A stretch of 64,000 bases of DNA from Acidobacterium sp. Its GTDB lineage: Bacteria; Acidobacteriota; Vicinamibacteria; Vicinamibacterales; UBA2999. Below, piece by piece: positions 25,877 to 34,340 of the stretch. Position numbers and translations under genes: made by a program. Below the pieces are notes generated by a model. The model had not been told where the DNA came from. It saw only the letters and a program-made list of their open reading frames with translations, and ran no database searches. Within the stretch, counting starts at the first letter, position 1. Each line of letters opens with the position of its first letter. The stretch is from NCBI GenBank assembly GCA_002737365.1, contig NSIL01000003.1, positions 135,078 through 199,077 of the forward strand, given 5' to 3'.

Positions 25877-26293
25877 ATGGCCCTACCGACCAAGCTCACG
25901 CTGCACATCGTCTCGCCCGACGCCTCCATTTCACAGGAAGTGGACGAGGTGTCGTTGCCGGGCGCGGAAGGGGACTTCGGCGTGCTGCCCGGGCACACGC
26001 CGTTCTTCACCGCGCTTCGGACCGGCGCCATGTGGTACCGACAGGGTGCCGAGAAGCACAGCTTGCTGGTGTCGGTCGGCTTCGTCGAAGTGCTGCCCGG
26101 CAAGGTGTCGGTGCTGGCGCAGGTGGCCGAGCGCGCTGAAGATCTCGACCAGGCCCGCGCCGAGGCCGGCATGAAACGGGCGGAAGAAGTGATGGGCGCC
26201 GTGCCCCACGATATCGACTTCGGGCGTGCGCGGCTGGCCATGCTCCGCACGTTGCAGCAATTGCAGGCGGAAAGCCGCAGAGGCGGTGTTTAG
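25877..26293 (+). CDS. atpC: F0F1 ATP synthase subunit epsilon
   Basis: 138 aa. ..LHIVSPD...V..V.LPGAEGDFGVLPGHTPF.. typical epsilon N-domain. Confidence 0.9.
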   Translation: MALPTKLTLHIVSPDASISQEVDEVSLPGAEGDFGVLPGHTPFFTALRTGAMWYRQGAEKHSLLVSVGFVEVLPGKVSVLAQVAERAEDLDQARAEAGMKRAEEVMGAVPHDIDFGRARLAMLRTLQQLQAESRRGGV

Positions 26294-27080
26294 CAGTCTC
26301 GCGAAGCTCGCTCGCTATCGTGCGCTGATCCAGACGCTCGTCGTCCGCGATCTGAAGGCGCGCTACCGCGGATCTGTCCTCGGCTTCTTCTGGTCGTTTT
26401 TCAACCCGGCGCTCCTCCTTTTCATCTACACGTTCGTGTTCACGAAGGTGCTGCCGTCGAGCCACCAGGCCAACATGGAGCCGTTCGCGCTGTTCATGTT
26501 TTGCGGCATCCTGCCGTGGACCTGGTTTTCCTCGTCACTGCTCGAGTCGTCCAACACGTTGATCGCCGGCGGTAACCTGATCAAGAAAGTGCTGTTTCCG
26601 GCGGAGGTGCTGCCGATCGTCACCGTGCTGGCGAACATGGTGCATTTCTTCCTCGGCCTGCCGATTCTGGCGGCCTTCGTCCTCTATTACCAGCGGCCGA
26701 TCGATTCCGTCGAGTTGCTGTGGTTGCCGGTGATCGTGTTGGTGCAATTGATCTTGAGCACCGGCTTGGCGTTCTTCCTGTCGGCGCTGACGGTTCACTT
26801 CCGTGACCTCAAGGACCTGCTCGGCAACCTGCTCACGCTGTGGTTTTTTGCGACGCCGATCATCTACTCGGTCGAGATGGCGCCGGCCGACATGCGGTGG
26901 TGGTTGAACATCAACCCCATGACCCACCTGATGCGGTCGTACCAGGAGGTCCTGTTCTTCGACGGTCCGTTCGGCCACCAGCGCTGGCTGCTGGCTCTCG
27001 GCGCCGGCTCGATCGTCGTGTTCCTGGCGGGCTACTTTGTGTTCGATCGGTTGCGGGATAGCTTTGCTGAAGAAGTATGA
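26286..27080 (+). CDS. ABC-2 type polysaccharide/O-antigen export permease (Wzm/TagG-like)
   Basis: ..YRALIQTLVVRDLKARYRGSVLGFFWSFFNP.. is the ABC-2 signature, with 6 TM. GTG 26286 is in frame with track ORF 26226 and overlaps the atpC stop. Confidence 0.8.
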   Translation: MFSSLAKLARYRALIQTLVVRDLKARYRGSVLGFFWSFFNPALLLFIYTFVFTKVLPSSHQANMEPFALFMFCGILPWTWFSSSLLESSNTLIAGGNLIKKVLFPAEVLPIVTVLANMVHFFLGLPILAAFVLYYQRPIDSVELLWLPVIVLVQLILSTGLAFFLSALTVHFRDLKDLLGNLLTLWFFATPIIYSVEMAPADMRWWLNINPMTHLMRSYQEVLFFDGPFGHQRWLLALGAGSIVVFLAGYFVFDRLRDSFAEEV

Positions 27081-28465
27081 AGCCGGCGATTGATGTCATC
27101 AACGTCTCGAAGATCTACCGGCGCTACGCGCGGCGGCGGCAGTTTGCCACGCTCAAGTCCGCGTTGCTTGACGGCAGCCTGCTCGGTGACTTGAAGCCCG
27201 ATGAAACCTTCCAGGCGCTGCGCAACGTGTCGTTCTCGGTTCCGAAGGGCTGCACCTACGGCGTGATCGGCAGCAACGGCTCGGGCAAGAGCACGCTGCT
27301 CAAGTGCGTGGCCGGCATCACCCGGCCCACCGAGGGCGAGGTCAAGGTCGACGGTCGCATCTCGGCCTTGATTGAACTGGGCGCGGGCTTCCACCCGGAG
27401 ATTTCCGGCCGCGAAAACATCTTCATCAACGGCATCATGCTTGGCCTCAGCAAGAAGGAGGTCCAACGTCGCTTCGACGAGATCGTCGAGTTTGCCGAGA
27501 TGCAGGACTTCATCGACGCGCCAGTCAAGACCTATTCGTCGGGCATGTACATGCGCCTGGGTTTCGCGGTCGCGATTCACGTCGACCCGGAAGTCCTGCT
27601 GGTGGACGAAGTGCTGGCGGTCGGCGACCAGGGTTTCACCCACAAGTGCCTCGACAAATTCTCGGAGTTCCGTCGTCGCAATAAGTCGATTCTGCTCGTG
27701 ACGCACTCGCTCGACCTGGTCGAGAAGTTCTGCGACGAGGCCCACTGGCTGGACAAGGGCATCTCGAAGGGTGAAGGCGACCCCAAGAAAATGGTGGCCG
27801 CCTACGTCATGAACGTCGAAGACAGCGAACAGCATTCGCTGGCTAAAGCGGAGGCCACGAGGCTCGCGGCGTCCGCGAAGAACGTGACCGGCGCTCCCCC
27901 GGTGGCCGAGGAACGGGATCCGGGGTCCGGGGTCCGGGATCCGGAAGAGGCGCCGCTGAATCCGGTGGATGACGCCGAGACGACCCGCGATGGGTTCAAG
28001 GCCACCGAAGGCCGGTGGGGCACGCGCGAGATCGAGATTACCAAGGTGTCGATCAGCGGGCCCGACGGCGAGTCGGGCCATGTGTTCCAGAGTGGCGACG
28101 ACATCAAGGTGCACATGACGATGACGGCCAAGGAGCCGATCACCGACTTCGTGTTCGGCCTCGGCCTGTTCACTGCCGACGGCGTGTGCATCTACGGCAC
28201 CAATACGAATCTCGAGGAGTTCCAGCCCAGCGAGATCGTGGGTGAGTGCTCGGTGACCTTTGAGATGGACAGTCTCGACCTGATCGAAGGCACCTACCGG
28301 CTGGACCTGGCGGCCCACAAGGCCGACGGCTATCCATACGATTACCACCGGCTGCTCTACACGTTCCGGATCAAGTCGCGGGTCCGCGATGTTGGCATCT
28401 ACCGTCCCGCTCACCGCTGGGACTTCGGCGGCGGCATCACGTTCAAAGGGCGGCTTGAGACCTGA
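27077..28465 (+). CDS. Polysaccharide export ABC transporter ATP-binding protein (Wzt/TagH-like) with C-terminal beta-rich domain
   Basis: Walker A GSNGSGKSTLLKC, signature YSSGMYMRLGFA, Walker B LLVDEVLAVGD. The C-terminal ~150 aa resembles the Wzt carbohydrate-binding domain. Confidence 0.9.
   Translation: MKPAIDVINVSKIYRRYARRRQFATLKSALLDGSLLGDLKPDETFQALRNVSFSVPKGCTYGVIGSNGSGKSTLLKCVAGITRPTEGEVKVDGRISALIELGAGFHPEISGRENIFINGIMLGLSKKEVQRRFDEIVEFAEMQDFIDAPVKTYSSGMYMRLGFAVAIHVDPEVLLVDEVLAVGDQGFTHKCLDKFSEFRRRNKSILLVTHSLDLVEKFCDEAHWLDKGISKGEGDPKKMVAAYVMNVEDSEQHSLAKAEATRLAASAKNVTGAPPVAEERDPGSGVRDPEEAPLNPVDDAETTRDGFKATEGRWGTREIEITKVSISGPDGESGHVFQSGDDIKVHMTMTAKEPITDFVFGLGLFTADGVCIYGTNTNLEEFQPSEIVGECSVTFEMDSLDLIEGTYRLDLAAHKADGYPYDYHRLLYTFRIKSRVRDVGIYRPAHRWDFGGGITFKGRLET
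27915..27944 (+). repeat. GGGATCC GGGGTCC GGGGTCC GGGATCC GG array in the Wzt-like linker
   Basis: 30 nt, in frame, encodes RDPGSGVRDP between the NBD and the C-terminal domain. Four G3+ runs with 3-4 nt loops. Confidence 0.9.
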
Positions 28466-28506
28466 GGCTTGAAATGCCCAGGTCCCAAGCCCCAAGGCCC
28501 AAGCCC
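28452..28506. repeat. CTTGAGR/CCCAAGS heptamer hairpin spanning the wzt stop and the first rfaE-like ATG
   Basis: GGCTTGAGACCTGAGGC-TTGAAAT-GCCCAGGTCCCAAGCC (~17 bp, few mismatches), then CCAAGGCCCAAGCCC. The stop at 28463-65 is in the stem and ATG 28474 is in the loop. Confidence 0.8.
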
Positions 28507-28977
28507 ATGGTTATCGCACTGAGCGAAGCACAGGCCTTTGTCCACCGTGAGCGAAACTCAGGCCGGCGGATCGTCTTCACCAACGGCGTCTTCGACGTCC
28601 TGCACCCCGGCCATGTCCGCTATCTGCGCGACGCCCGCGCCCTGGGCGACCTGCTGATTGTTGGCGTCAACAGCGATCGCTCGTCGCGGGCGCTTGGCAA
28701 GGCGGCGGATCGGCCGATCAATCCTGACGGCGAGCGCGCCGAAGTGCTCGCCGCCCTGAAGTCGGTCGACGCGGTGGTCGTGTTTGACGAGGACACGCCG
28801 CACGCCATCATCACGGCGATTCAGCCTGATGTTCTCGTCAAGGGCGCCGACTGGGGCGAGCACGCAATCGTTGGGCGGGACGTTGTCGAAGCCCGCGGCG
28901 GCAAGGTGGTCCGTATTGAGTTGGCCACGGGCTACTCGACGACGGCCATCGTGGAGCGCATTCGAGCCGGGGTCTGA
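28474..28977 (+). CDS. RfaE domain II-like cytidylyl/adenylyltransferase (D-beta-D-heptose 1-phosphate adenylyltransferase family)
   Basis: IVFTNGVFDVLHPGHVRYLRDARALGDLLIVGVNSD (HxGH nucleotidyltransferase motif). Alternative start ATG 28507 lies after the repeat-derived MPRSQAPRPKP. Confidence 0.85.
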   Translation: MPRSQAPRPKPMVIALSEAQAFVHRERNSGRRIVFTNGVFDVLHPGHVRYLRDARALGDLLIVGVNSDRSSRALGKAADRPINPDGERAEVLAALKSVDAVVVFDEDTPHAIITAIQPDVLVKGADWGEHAIVGRDVVEARGGKVVRIELATGYSTTAIVERIRAGV

Positions 28978-28981
28978 CCCC
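28969..28981. repeat. 13-nt palindrome GGGGTCTGACCCC containing the rfaE-like stop codon
   Basis: Same palindrome as the four copies at 62550, 62579, 63050 and 63079. The TGA at 28975-77 is its centre. Confidence 0.75.
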
Positions 28982-29013
28982 GATCCGACCGTGAGACACT
29001 AGAAAGTTCGTGC

Positions 29014-32000
29014 ATGTCTAGCGCTCCGTCACTCGCGTTACGGTCGCTGCTGATCTCGGTTCTCGGGCAAAGTGGGCTGGCAACCCCCACCCGGCGCATC
29101 AGCGGCGTGACGCCCCCTGTACGGGCGATGGCCGTGGCCGCAATGGCTCGAGGCCTGCGCGACGGCGTCGTCCTGCTGGTGGTGCCGACCGACGCCGAGA
29201 TCGAGACCATCGTCAGCGACATCCGCTTCTTCCTGGGTGCGCTCGAGGGTTCCGCGGATGCCGTGGTCGAGCAGCAGGTGCTGCCGTTCCCATCGCCGCA
29301 GGTCGATCCCTATCGCGGCTTCCAGCCGCACCTGAAGGTTGCTTCCGCCCGCGCGCGGGCGCTGCACGCGCTCGTGACCCAGAAGGTCCGCATGGTGGTG
29401 GCGTCGGCGCCGGCGCTGCTGACCAAGCTGCCCGAGCCGGCGTCGTTGCTGTTGTCGTCCTACGAAATCACCCCCGGCATCGACATCGATCCGCAGGCCC
29501 TGGCAAACATGCTGGTGGCGGGCGGCTACGAGCCGGCGGATCCAGTCGACGCGCATGGCGAGTTCGCGCGCCGCGGCGGCATTCTCGACATCTTCCCGGC
29601 CGGCGAAGAGCTGCCGATCCGCATCGAGTTCATCGGCGACACCGTGGAGTCGATCCGCCGCTTCGACCCTGGCACGCAACGGTCGGTAGAAACCCTCGAC
29701 CGCTTCGGCCTGATACCTGTGCGCGAATTCGCGCCTGGTGGCGACAAACTTTTAGGTTTGTCGATCTCCGCCACCCTCTTCGACTACGTCCGGCTTTCTC
29801 GCGATCACCGCCTCGTCGTCTTTGAACCTGCCGATGTGCAAAAGCAGATCGAGGCGGCGTGGGAACAGGTGCAGACCTCGCACGCCGACGCCGTCGAGCG
29901 TTCGGCAAAAGGCGCCGCCATTCTGAAGGCGAAGCCCGCAGAGCTGATGCTGTCGTGGGCCGAGGTGGCGCCCTCGCTCGCCGGCGCCACGGTGACCGAG
30001 GAACTTGGTCTTCGGGATCCGGGATCCGGGGTCCCGGAGCCGGGAGAGACAGAGCTTTCTGTCCAGCCGGTGGCGTCATTTCATGGCCGCATTGCCGACT
30101 GGGTTGCGGATGTAAAGGCGGCGCTCGAGCGCGCCGATCGGGTGGTGTTCGTGGCCGGCACGCACGGCCGCGCCGAGCGAACCGTGGAGCTGCTGCGCGA
30201 CTACGACGTGCGCGCGGTGATGGCCACCGATGCGGGCGATGTGGTGTCAGGCGCGGTGCTGGTGGCCGAAGGATGGCTGTCGCGCGGATTCCGACTGAGG
30301 CCGGCCGGCGCGCCGGAGGAAGCCCCACGCCTCCAGGTTTATGTTGAGACCGACATCTTTGAGGAAGAGCGCCGCAAGGGTGCTCAGGGTCGAAAGCGCT
30401 CCCTGGCCGCGACATTCCTTTCGGACCTGCGCGATCTCAAGGTCAAGGATCTGATCGTCCACGTCGATCACGGCATTGGCCAGTTCATCGGCCTCAAGCA
30501 AATCTCCGTCGGCGGCGGCGACATCGTCCAGGAATTCCTCGAGCTCCAGTACCACGGCGACGCCAAGCTGTTTGTGCCGGTCGAGCGCCTGGACCTGATC
30601 CAGAAGTACACCGGCGCGGCGAGCCAGGCGCTGGATCGACTGGGCGGCCAGACCTGGGAGAAGGCCAAGAGCAAGGTCAAGAAGGCCATGCGCGACATGG
30701 CGGAAGAGCTGCTCAAGCTCTACGCCGCGCGCAAGGCGGTGCCGGGCCACGCGTTCAGTGCCGACACGCACTGGCAAGAGGAGTTCGAGGGCGCCTTCGA
30801 GTTCGATCTCACCGTCGATCAGGCCACCGCAGTCGCCGACATCAAGCGCGACATGGAGTCGTCCACACCCATGGACCGCCTGCTGTGTGGCGACGTGGGC
30901 TACGGCAAGACCGAGGTCGCCATGCGCGCCGCCTTCAAAGCGGTGATGGACGGCAAACAGGTCGCGTTCCTGGCGCCGACGACGGTGTTGGCAGCGCAGC
31001 ATTTGAAGACGCTGACGGAACGCTTTGCAGCGTTCCCGGCAAAGATCGACATGGTCAGCCGCTTCCGCACGAAGCTGGAGATCAAGGAAACGCTGGAGAC
31101 GCTCGCTGCCGGTCGGCTCGACGTGATCGTCGGCACCCACCGCCTGCTGTCGAAGGATGTTGAGTTCAAGGACCTCGGCTTGCTGGTCGTCGACGAAGAG
31201 CAGCGCTTTGGCGTGGCGCACAAGGAACGCATCAAGCAGATGCGCAAGAAGATCGACGTCCTGACGATGACGGCGACCCCCATCCCGCGCACGCTCAACA
31301 TGTCGCTGGTGGGTATTCGCGACATGTCGGTGATTGAAACGCCGCCGAAAGATCGCCTGTCGATCCAGACCAACGTCGTCAAATTCGACTCTGCGGTGAT
31401 CACGCGCGCCATTCGCGCCGAGCTCGCGCGTGGCGGCCAGGTGTTCTTTGTCCACAACCGTGTCGAGTCGATTTACTCGATGGGCAACCTGATCCAGCGC
31501 CTGGTCCCCGAAGCGCGCGTGGTCGTCGGCCATGGACAAATGGCGGAAGACACGCTCGAAAAAGCGATGCTCGACTTCATGACGCATAAGTGTGATGTGC
31601 TGCTATCGACCACGATCGTCGAGAACGGCCTTGACATCCCCAACGCCAATACCATTGTGATCAATCGCGCCGATCGCTACGGCCTGTCGCAGCTCTATCA
31701 GCTGCGCGGACGCGTCGGCCGCAGCGATCGCGCGGCATATGCCTATCTGCTGATTCCGCCCGAAGAGGCGCTGTCGCCGGTGGCGCGCAAACGGCTCTCC
31801 GCCATGAAGGAGTTCAGCGATTTGGGCAGCGGCTTCCGCGTCGCCGCGCTCGACCTAGAGATCCGCGGCGCCGGCAACCTGCTGGGCGGCGAGCAGAGCG
31901 GCACCATTGATGCGGTCGGCTTCGAGATGTACATGAAGCTGCTCGAGGAAACCATTCGCGAGCTCAAGGGCGAGGATCTGGAAGACGAGGTGCGGGCCAC

Positions 32001-32589
32001 CGTGAACCTGAAGGTGGACTTCCGGCTCGACGACCAGTACGTGCCCGACATGAACCAGCGCCTGATGATCTACCGGCGCATGGCTGGCTCTCGCAGCGAG
32101 GAAGAGATCGCCAAGATCGTGGACGAGGTGCGCGACCGCTACGGCCCGCCGCCCACGGCGGTGCTCAACCTCGCCGACTTCGCGCGCATTCGCGTGCTGG
32201 CCGACAATCTTGGCATCGAAACTGTCGACCGCGACGGCCCGCTCGTGGTGTTCAAGTTCCGCGACAAGGCCAAGGTGGAGCCGATGCGGCTGATCGGGAT
32301 GGTGCAGGAACGTGCAGACCTCACGCTGTTGCCTCCCAGCACGGTGAAGCTCGATCTTCGGGCGGCTCAGCCGGGAGCCGGGGTCCGGGAGCCGGGATCC
32401 CGGGTCCCGGCCCGCAGAGCGATCCCCAAGCGTCCGCCGGCCTGGTGGGCGGTTCGCGCGACCGCTGGGGAGGTGACGCCTGGCTTTACCAAGGCCGAAA
32501 TCCTGAAGGCGGCCCCGGAAGACCCCCGGGCGCCAGACGGAGTCTTAGCCAAGGTGACCGAGTTCCTCCAGGATTTACGCGAACCGTAA
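29014..32589 (+). CDS. mfd: Transcription-repair coupling factor Mfd
   Basis: 1191 aa. ..LVHVDHGIGQF.. (CarD-like RNAP-interaction domain). Helicase motifs LLCGDVGYGKTEVAMRAAF, VVDEEQRFGV, TATPIPRTL. TRCF C-terminal domain. Confidence 0.95.
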   Translation: MSSAPSLALRSLLISVLGQSGLATPTRRISGVTPPVRAMAVAAMARGLRDGVVLLVVPTDAEIETIVSDIRFFLGALEGSADAVVEQQVLPFPSPQVDPYRGFQPHLKVASARARALHALVTQKVRMVVASAPALLTKLPEPASLLLSSYEITPGIDIDPQALANMLVAGGYEPADPVDAHGEFARRGGILDIFPAGEELPIRIEFIGDTVESIRRFDPGTQRSVETLDRFGLIPVREFAPGGDKLLGLSISATLFDYVRLSRDHRLVVFEPADVQKQIEAAWEQVQTSHADAVERSAKGAAILKAKPAELMLSWAEVAPSLAGATVTEELGLRDPGSGVPEPGETELSVQPVASFHGRIADWVADVKAALERADRVVFVAGTHGRAERTVELLRDYDVRAVMATDAGDVVSGAVLVAEGWLSRGFRLRPAGAPEEAPRLQVYVETDIFEEERRKGAQGRKRSLAATFLSDLRDLKVKDLIVHVDHGIGQFIGLKQISVGGGDIVQEFLELQYHGDAKLFVPVERLDLIQKYTGAASQALDRLGGQTWEKAKSKVKKAMRDMAEELLKLYAARKAVPGHAFSADTHWQEEFEGAFEFDLTVDQATAVADIKRDMESSTPMDRLLCGDVGYGKTEVAMRAAFKAVMDGKQVAFLAPTTVLAAQHLKTLTERFAAFPAKIDMVSRFRTKLEIKETLETLAAGRLDVIVGTHRLLSKDVEFKDLGLLVVDEEQRFGVAHKERIKQMRKKIDVLTMTATPIPRTLNMSLVGIRDMSVIETPPKDRLSIQTNVVKFDSAVITRAIRAELARGGQVFFVHNRVESIYSMGNLIQRLVPEARVVVGHGQMAEDTLEKAMLDFMTHKCDVLLSTTIVENGLDIPNANTIVINRADRYGLSQLYQLRGRVGRSDRAAYAYLLIPPEEALSPVARKRLSAMKEFSDLGSGFRVAALDLEIRGAGNLLGGEQSGTIDAVGFEMYMKLLEETIRELKGEDLEDEVRATVNLKVDFRLDDQYVPDMNQRLMIYRRMAGSRSEEEIAKIVDEVRDRYGPPPTAVLNLADFARIRVLADNLGIETVDRDGPLVVFKFRDKAKVEPMRLIGMVQERADLTLLPPSTVKLDLRAAQPGAGVREPGSRVPARRAIPKRPPAWWAVRATAGEVTPGFTKAEILKAAPEDPRAPDGVLAKVTEFLQDLREP
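29742..29763. repeat. Palindromic element copy CGACAAACTTTTAGGTTTGTCG in mfd
   Basis: With the GTGG prefix it is 26 nt identical, in gene-sense orientation, to the copy at 59349-59370(+4). Encodes GGDKLLGLS. Confidence 0.9.
30013..30044 (+). repeat. GGGATCC-type heptamer array in mfd (first)
   Basis: C GGGATCC GGGATCC GGGGTCC CGGAGCC GGG encodes LRDPGSGVPEPGE. Confidence 0.85.
32371..32410 (+). repeat. GGGAGCC/GGGGTCC/GGGATCC heptamer array in the mfd C-terminal tail (second)
   Basis: CC GGGAGCC GGGGTCC GGGAGCC GGGATCC CGGGTCC CGG encodes QPGAGVREPGSRVPA. Five G3+ runs. Confidence 0.85.
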
Positions 32590-32609
32590 AAGTGAAGCAG
32601 GTTCACTTT
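32589..32609 (+). terminator. Small hairpin at the mfd stop
   Basis: AAAGTGAA-GCAGG-TTCACTTT, 8-bp stem starting at the last base of the TAA codon (32587-32589). Confidence 0.35.
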
Positions 32610-32634
32610 GACGCTAGAATTGATGTTTAGCCCT

Positions 32635-33702
32635 ATGAAGAAAACAGCAACCTTGGCCGCCGTTCTCGCAATCGTGGCGGCCCTGGCGTCGCCGGCCGCC
32701 GCCCAGACCGCCACGACCGGGACCATTCTCGAACAGGTGCTGGTCAAGGTGAATGGCGAGATCGTCACCAAGACCGAGCTCGAGCAGCGGCAGATTGCCG
32801 CGCTGCGACAGAAAAATCCCAACCTGCGTCCCGACAGCGATGCTGCCTTGCAGCAGGCGCTGAACGAAGTCACGCCGCAGGTGATTGTCGATGCTGTTGA
32901 CGAACTACTGATCGTGCAGCGTGGCAAGGAGCTCGGCTTCACGATGTCAACCGAGCAGTTCAACAGCATCGTCGAGAACATTAAGAAAGAGAACAAGATC
33001 GAGTCCGACGAAGCGCTGCAGGCGGCGCTCAAGCAGGAAGGCATGACCATGGCCGACCTGCGCAAGCAGTTGGAGCGCACTTCGCTCGTGCAACGCGTCC
33101 AGCAGCAGGAAGTGATGGGCAAGCTGCAGGTAACCGACACCGAGCTGAAGGCCTACTACGATGCGCACCAGGACGAGTTCGGCACCGTGCCGCAGGTCAC
33201 GCTGCGCGAGATCACCGTCGCGGTGACGGCTGATCCCCAGGGCATCAATGTCGGCAAGGATGACGATGCGAAGGCGAAGGCGGAGGAGGTGCGCGGGAAG
33301 ATCATCGCCGGCGAGCCGTTCCCGCGTTTGGCGGCCGACTACTCTGACTCGGGCTCCAAGGCCAACGGCGGCCTCGTCGGACCGCTCAGCAAGAGCGACC
33401 TGTCCGAGGACCTGCAGAAGGCGTTGGCCGGCCTCAAGGAAGGCGGCATCACGCCCGTGCTGCGCACCGCGCGCGGCTACCAGGTCGTCAAGATCGAGAA
33501 GTTGCAGGATTCCAAGACCAAGCCGTTCGATGAGGCGAAGAACGAGATCGCCGACAAGATTGCGAATGGGAAACGCAAGGCCGAGTTCGACAAATTCCTC
33601 GACAAGCTGCGCACCGATGCGATCATCGACTGGAAAAACGACGACCTGAAGACGGCCTATGACCTCGGCGTGAAGACCTTCCGCGGGACCGTGACCCAGT
33701 AG
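32635..33702 (+). CDS. SurA/PpiD-like periplasmic peptidyl-prolyl isomerase (parvulin domain)
   Basis: ATG 32635 gives MKKTATLAAVLAIVAALASPAAAQ as signal peptide. SurA_N-like helical region. Parvulin-like ..AADYSDSGSKANGGLVGPLSKSDL.. Confidence 0.8.
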   Translation: MKKTATLAAVLAIVAALASPAAAQTATTGTILEQVLVKVNGEIVTKTELEQRQIAALRQKNPNLRPDSDAALQQALNEVTPQVIVDAVDELLIVQRGKELGFTMSTEQFNSIVENIKKENKIESDEALQAALKQEGMTMADLRKQLERTSLVQRVQQQEVMGKLQVTDTELKAYYDAHQDEFGTVPQVTLREITVAVTADPQGINVGKDDDAKAKAEEVRGKIIAGEPFPRLAADYSDSGSKANGGLVGPLSKSDLSEDLQKALAGLKEGGITPVLRTARGYQVVKIEKLQDSKTKPFDEAKNEIADKIANGKRKAEFDKFLDKLRTDAIIDWKNDDLKTAYDLGVKTFRGTVTQ

Positions 33703-33722
33703 GGCGCCCCTTTAGGGGTGCC
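33703..33722. repeat. Mini-hairpin GGCGCCCC-TTTA-GGGGTGCC directly after the PPIase stop
   Basis: 8-bp arms (one G-T). Same CTTTAG core as the copies at 24388 and 48348. Confidence 0.7.
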
Positions 33723-33734
33723 GTCGACCACATC

Positions 33735-34226
33735 ATGGACCCCAATTGGTTTGCCCTCTGGACACGATCGCGGCACGAGAAGCAGGTCCGCGACCAATTA
33801 CTGAAGAAGTCGGTCGAAGTCTTTCTCCCGACCATTGGCAAGTGGAGCCACTGGAAAGACCGCAAGAAGAAGATCGATTGGCCGTTGTTCCCCGGCTACG
33901 TTTTTGCCCGCTTCATCCCTGACGAGCGCATTGGCGTCCTGAAGGTCGACGGCGTCGTCCAGATCATCAGCAACAACGGCATGCTGTCGTCGATTCCGGA
34001 TCAGGAGATCGAGAGCATCCGGACGCTGGTGGAAAGCGAGCTGGCATTTGACCCGGTCCCGCTGATCAAGGAAGGGGACATGGTCAAGGTGACGCATGGC
34101 CCACTTAGGGGTGTGGTCGGCCGGCTGGTCCGCAAGGGCGCCCACGCGCGCCTCGTGTTGTCGGTTGACCTGATTGGCCAGGCGGTGGCCGTGGAAGTCG
34201 ATGCGTCCGACGTTAAACCGTACTGA
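33735..34226 (+). CDS. NusG-family transcription antitermination paralogue (UpxY/RfaH-like)
   Basis: 163 aa. NGN-like WFALWTRSRHEKQVRDQL..VFLP and KOW GDMVKVTHGPLRGVVGRLV. Confidence 0.8.
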   Translation: MDPNWFALWTRSRHEKQVRDQLLKKSVEVFLPTIGKWSHWKDRKKKIDWPLFPGYVFARFIPDERIGVLKVDGVVQIISNNGMLSSIPDQEIESIRTLVESELAFDPVPLIKEGDMVKVTHGPLRGVVGRLVRKGAHARLVLSVDLIGQAVAVEVDASDVKPY

Positions 34227-34252
34227 GATGCCGCTCTCAAACAGCCCGACCA

Positions 34253-34303
34253 TTGCCTGCCGAAAACCGGCAATCATGTACAACCACGGTTTTCTCCAGG
34301 CAA
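34253..34303 (+). terminator. 17-bp imperfect hairpin in the NusG-paralogue/dusB spacer (terminator or leader structure)
   Basis: TTGCCTGCCGAAAACCG ... CGGTTTTCTCCAGGCAA (15 of 17 pair) with a 17-nt loop. Confidence 0.35.
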
Positions 34304-34340
34304 CGGTCGCGCTGTTGTCGAGCGCCGGCACGGTGACCCA

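Noticed and set aside
27032-28495. 487-aa minus-strand ORF, and similar long antisense ORFs at 30247..31587, 33798..35186, 44190..45305, 50405..51394 and 56819..58021
   Set aside because: All lie exactly opposite strongly recognisable genes (wzt-like, mfd, dusB, MFS, GAF-PP2C, nuoG-like). They have R/A/G/H/D-dominated composition and no recognisable motifs, so they are shadow ORFs.
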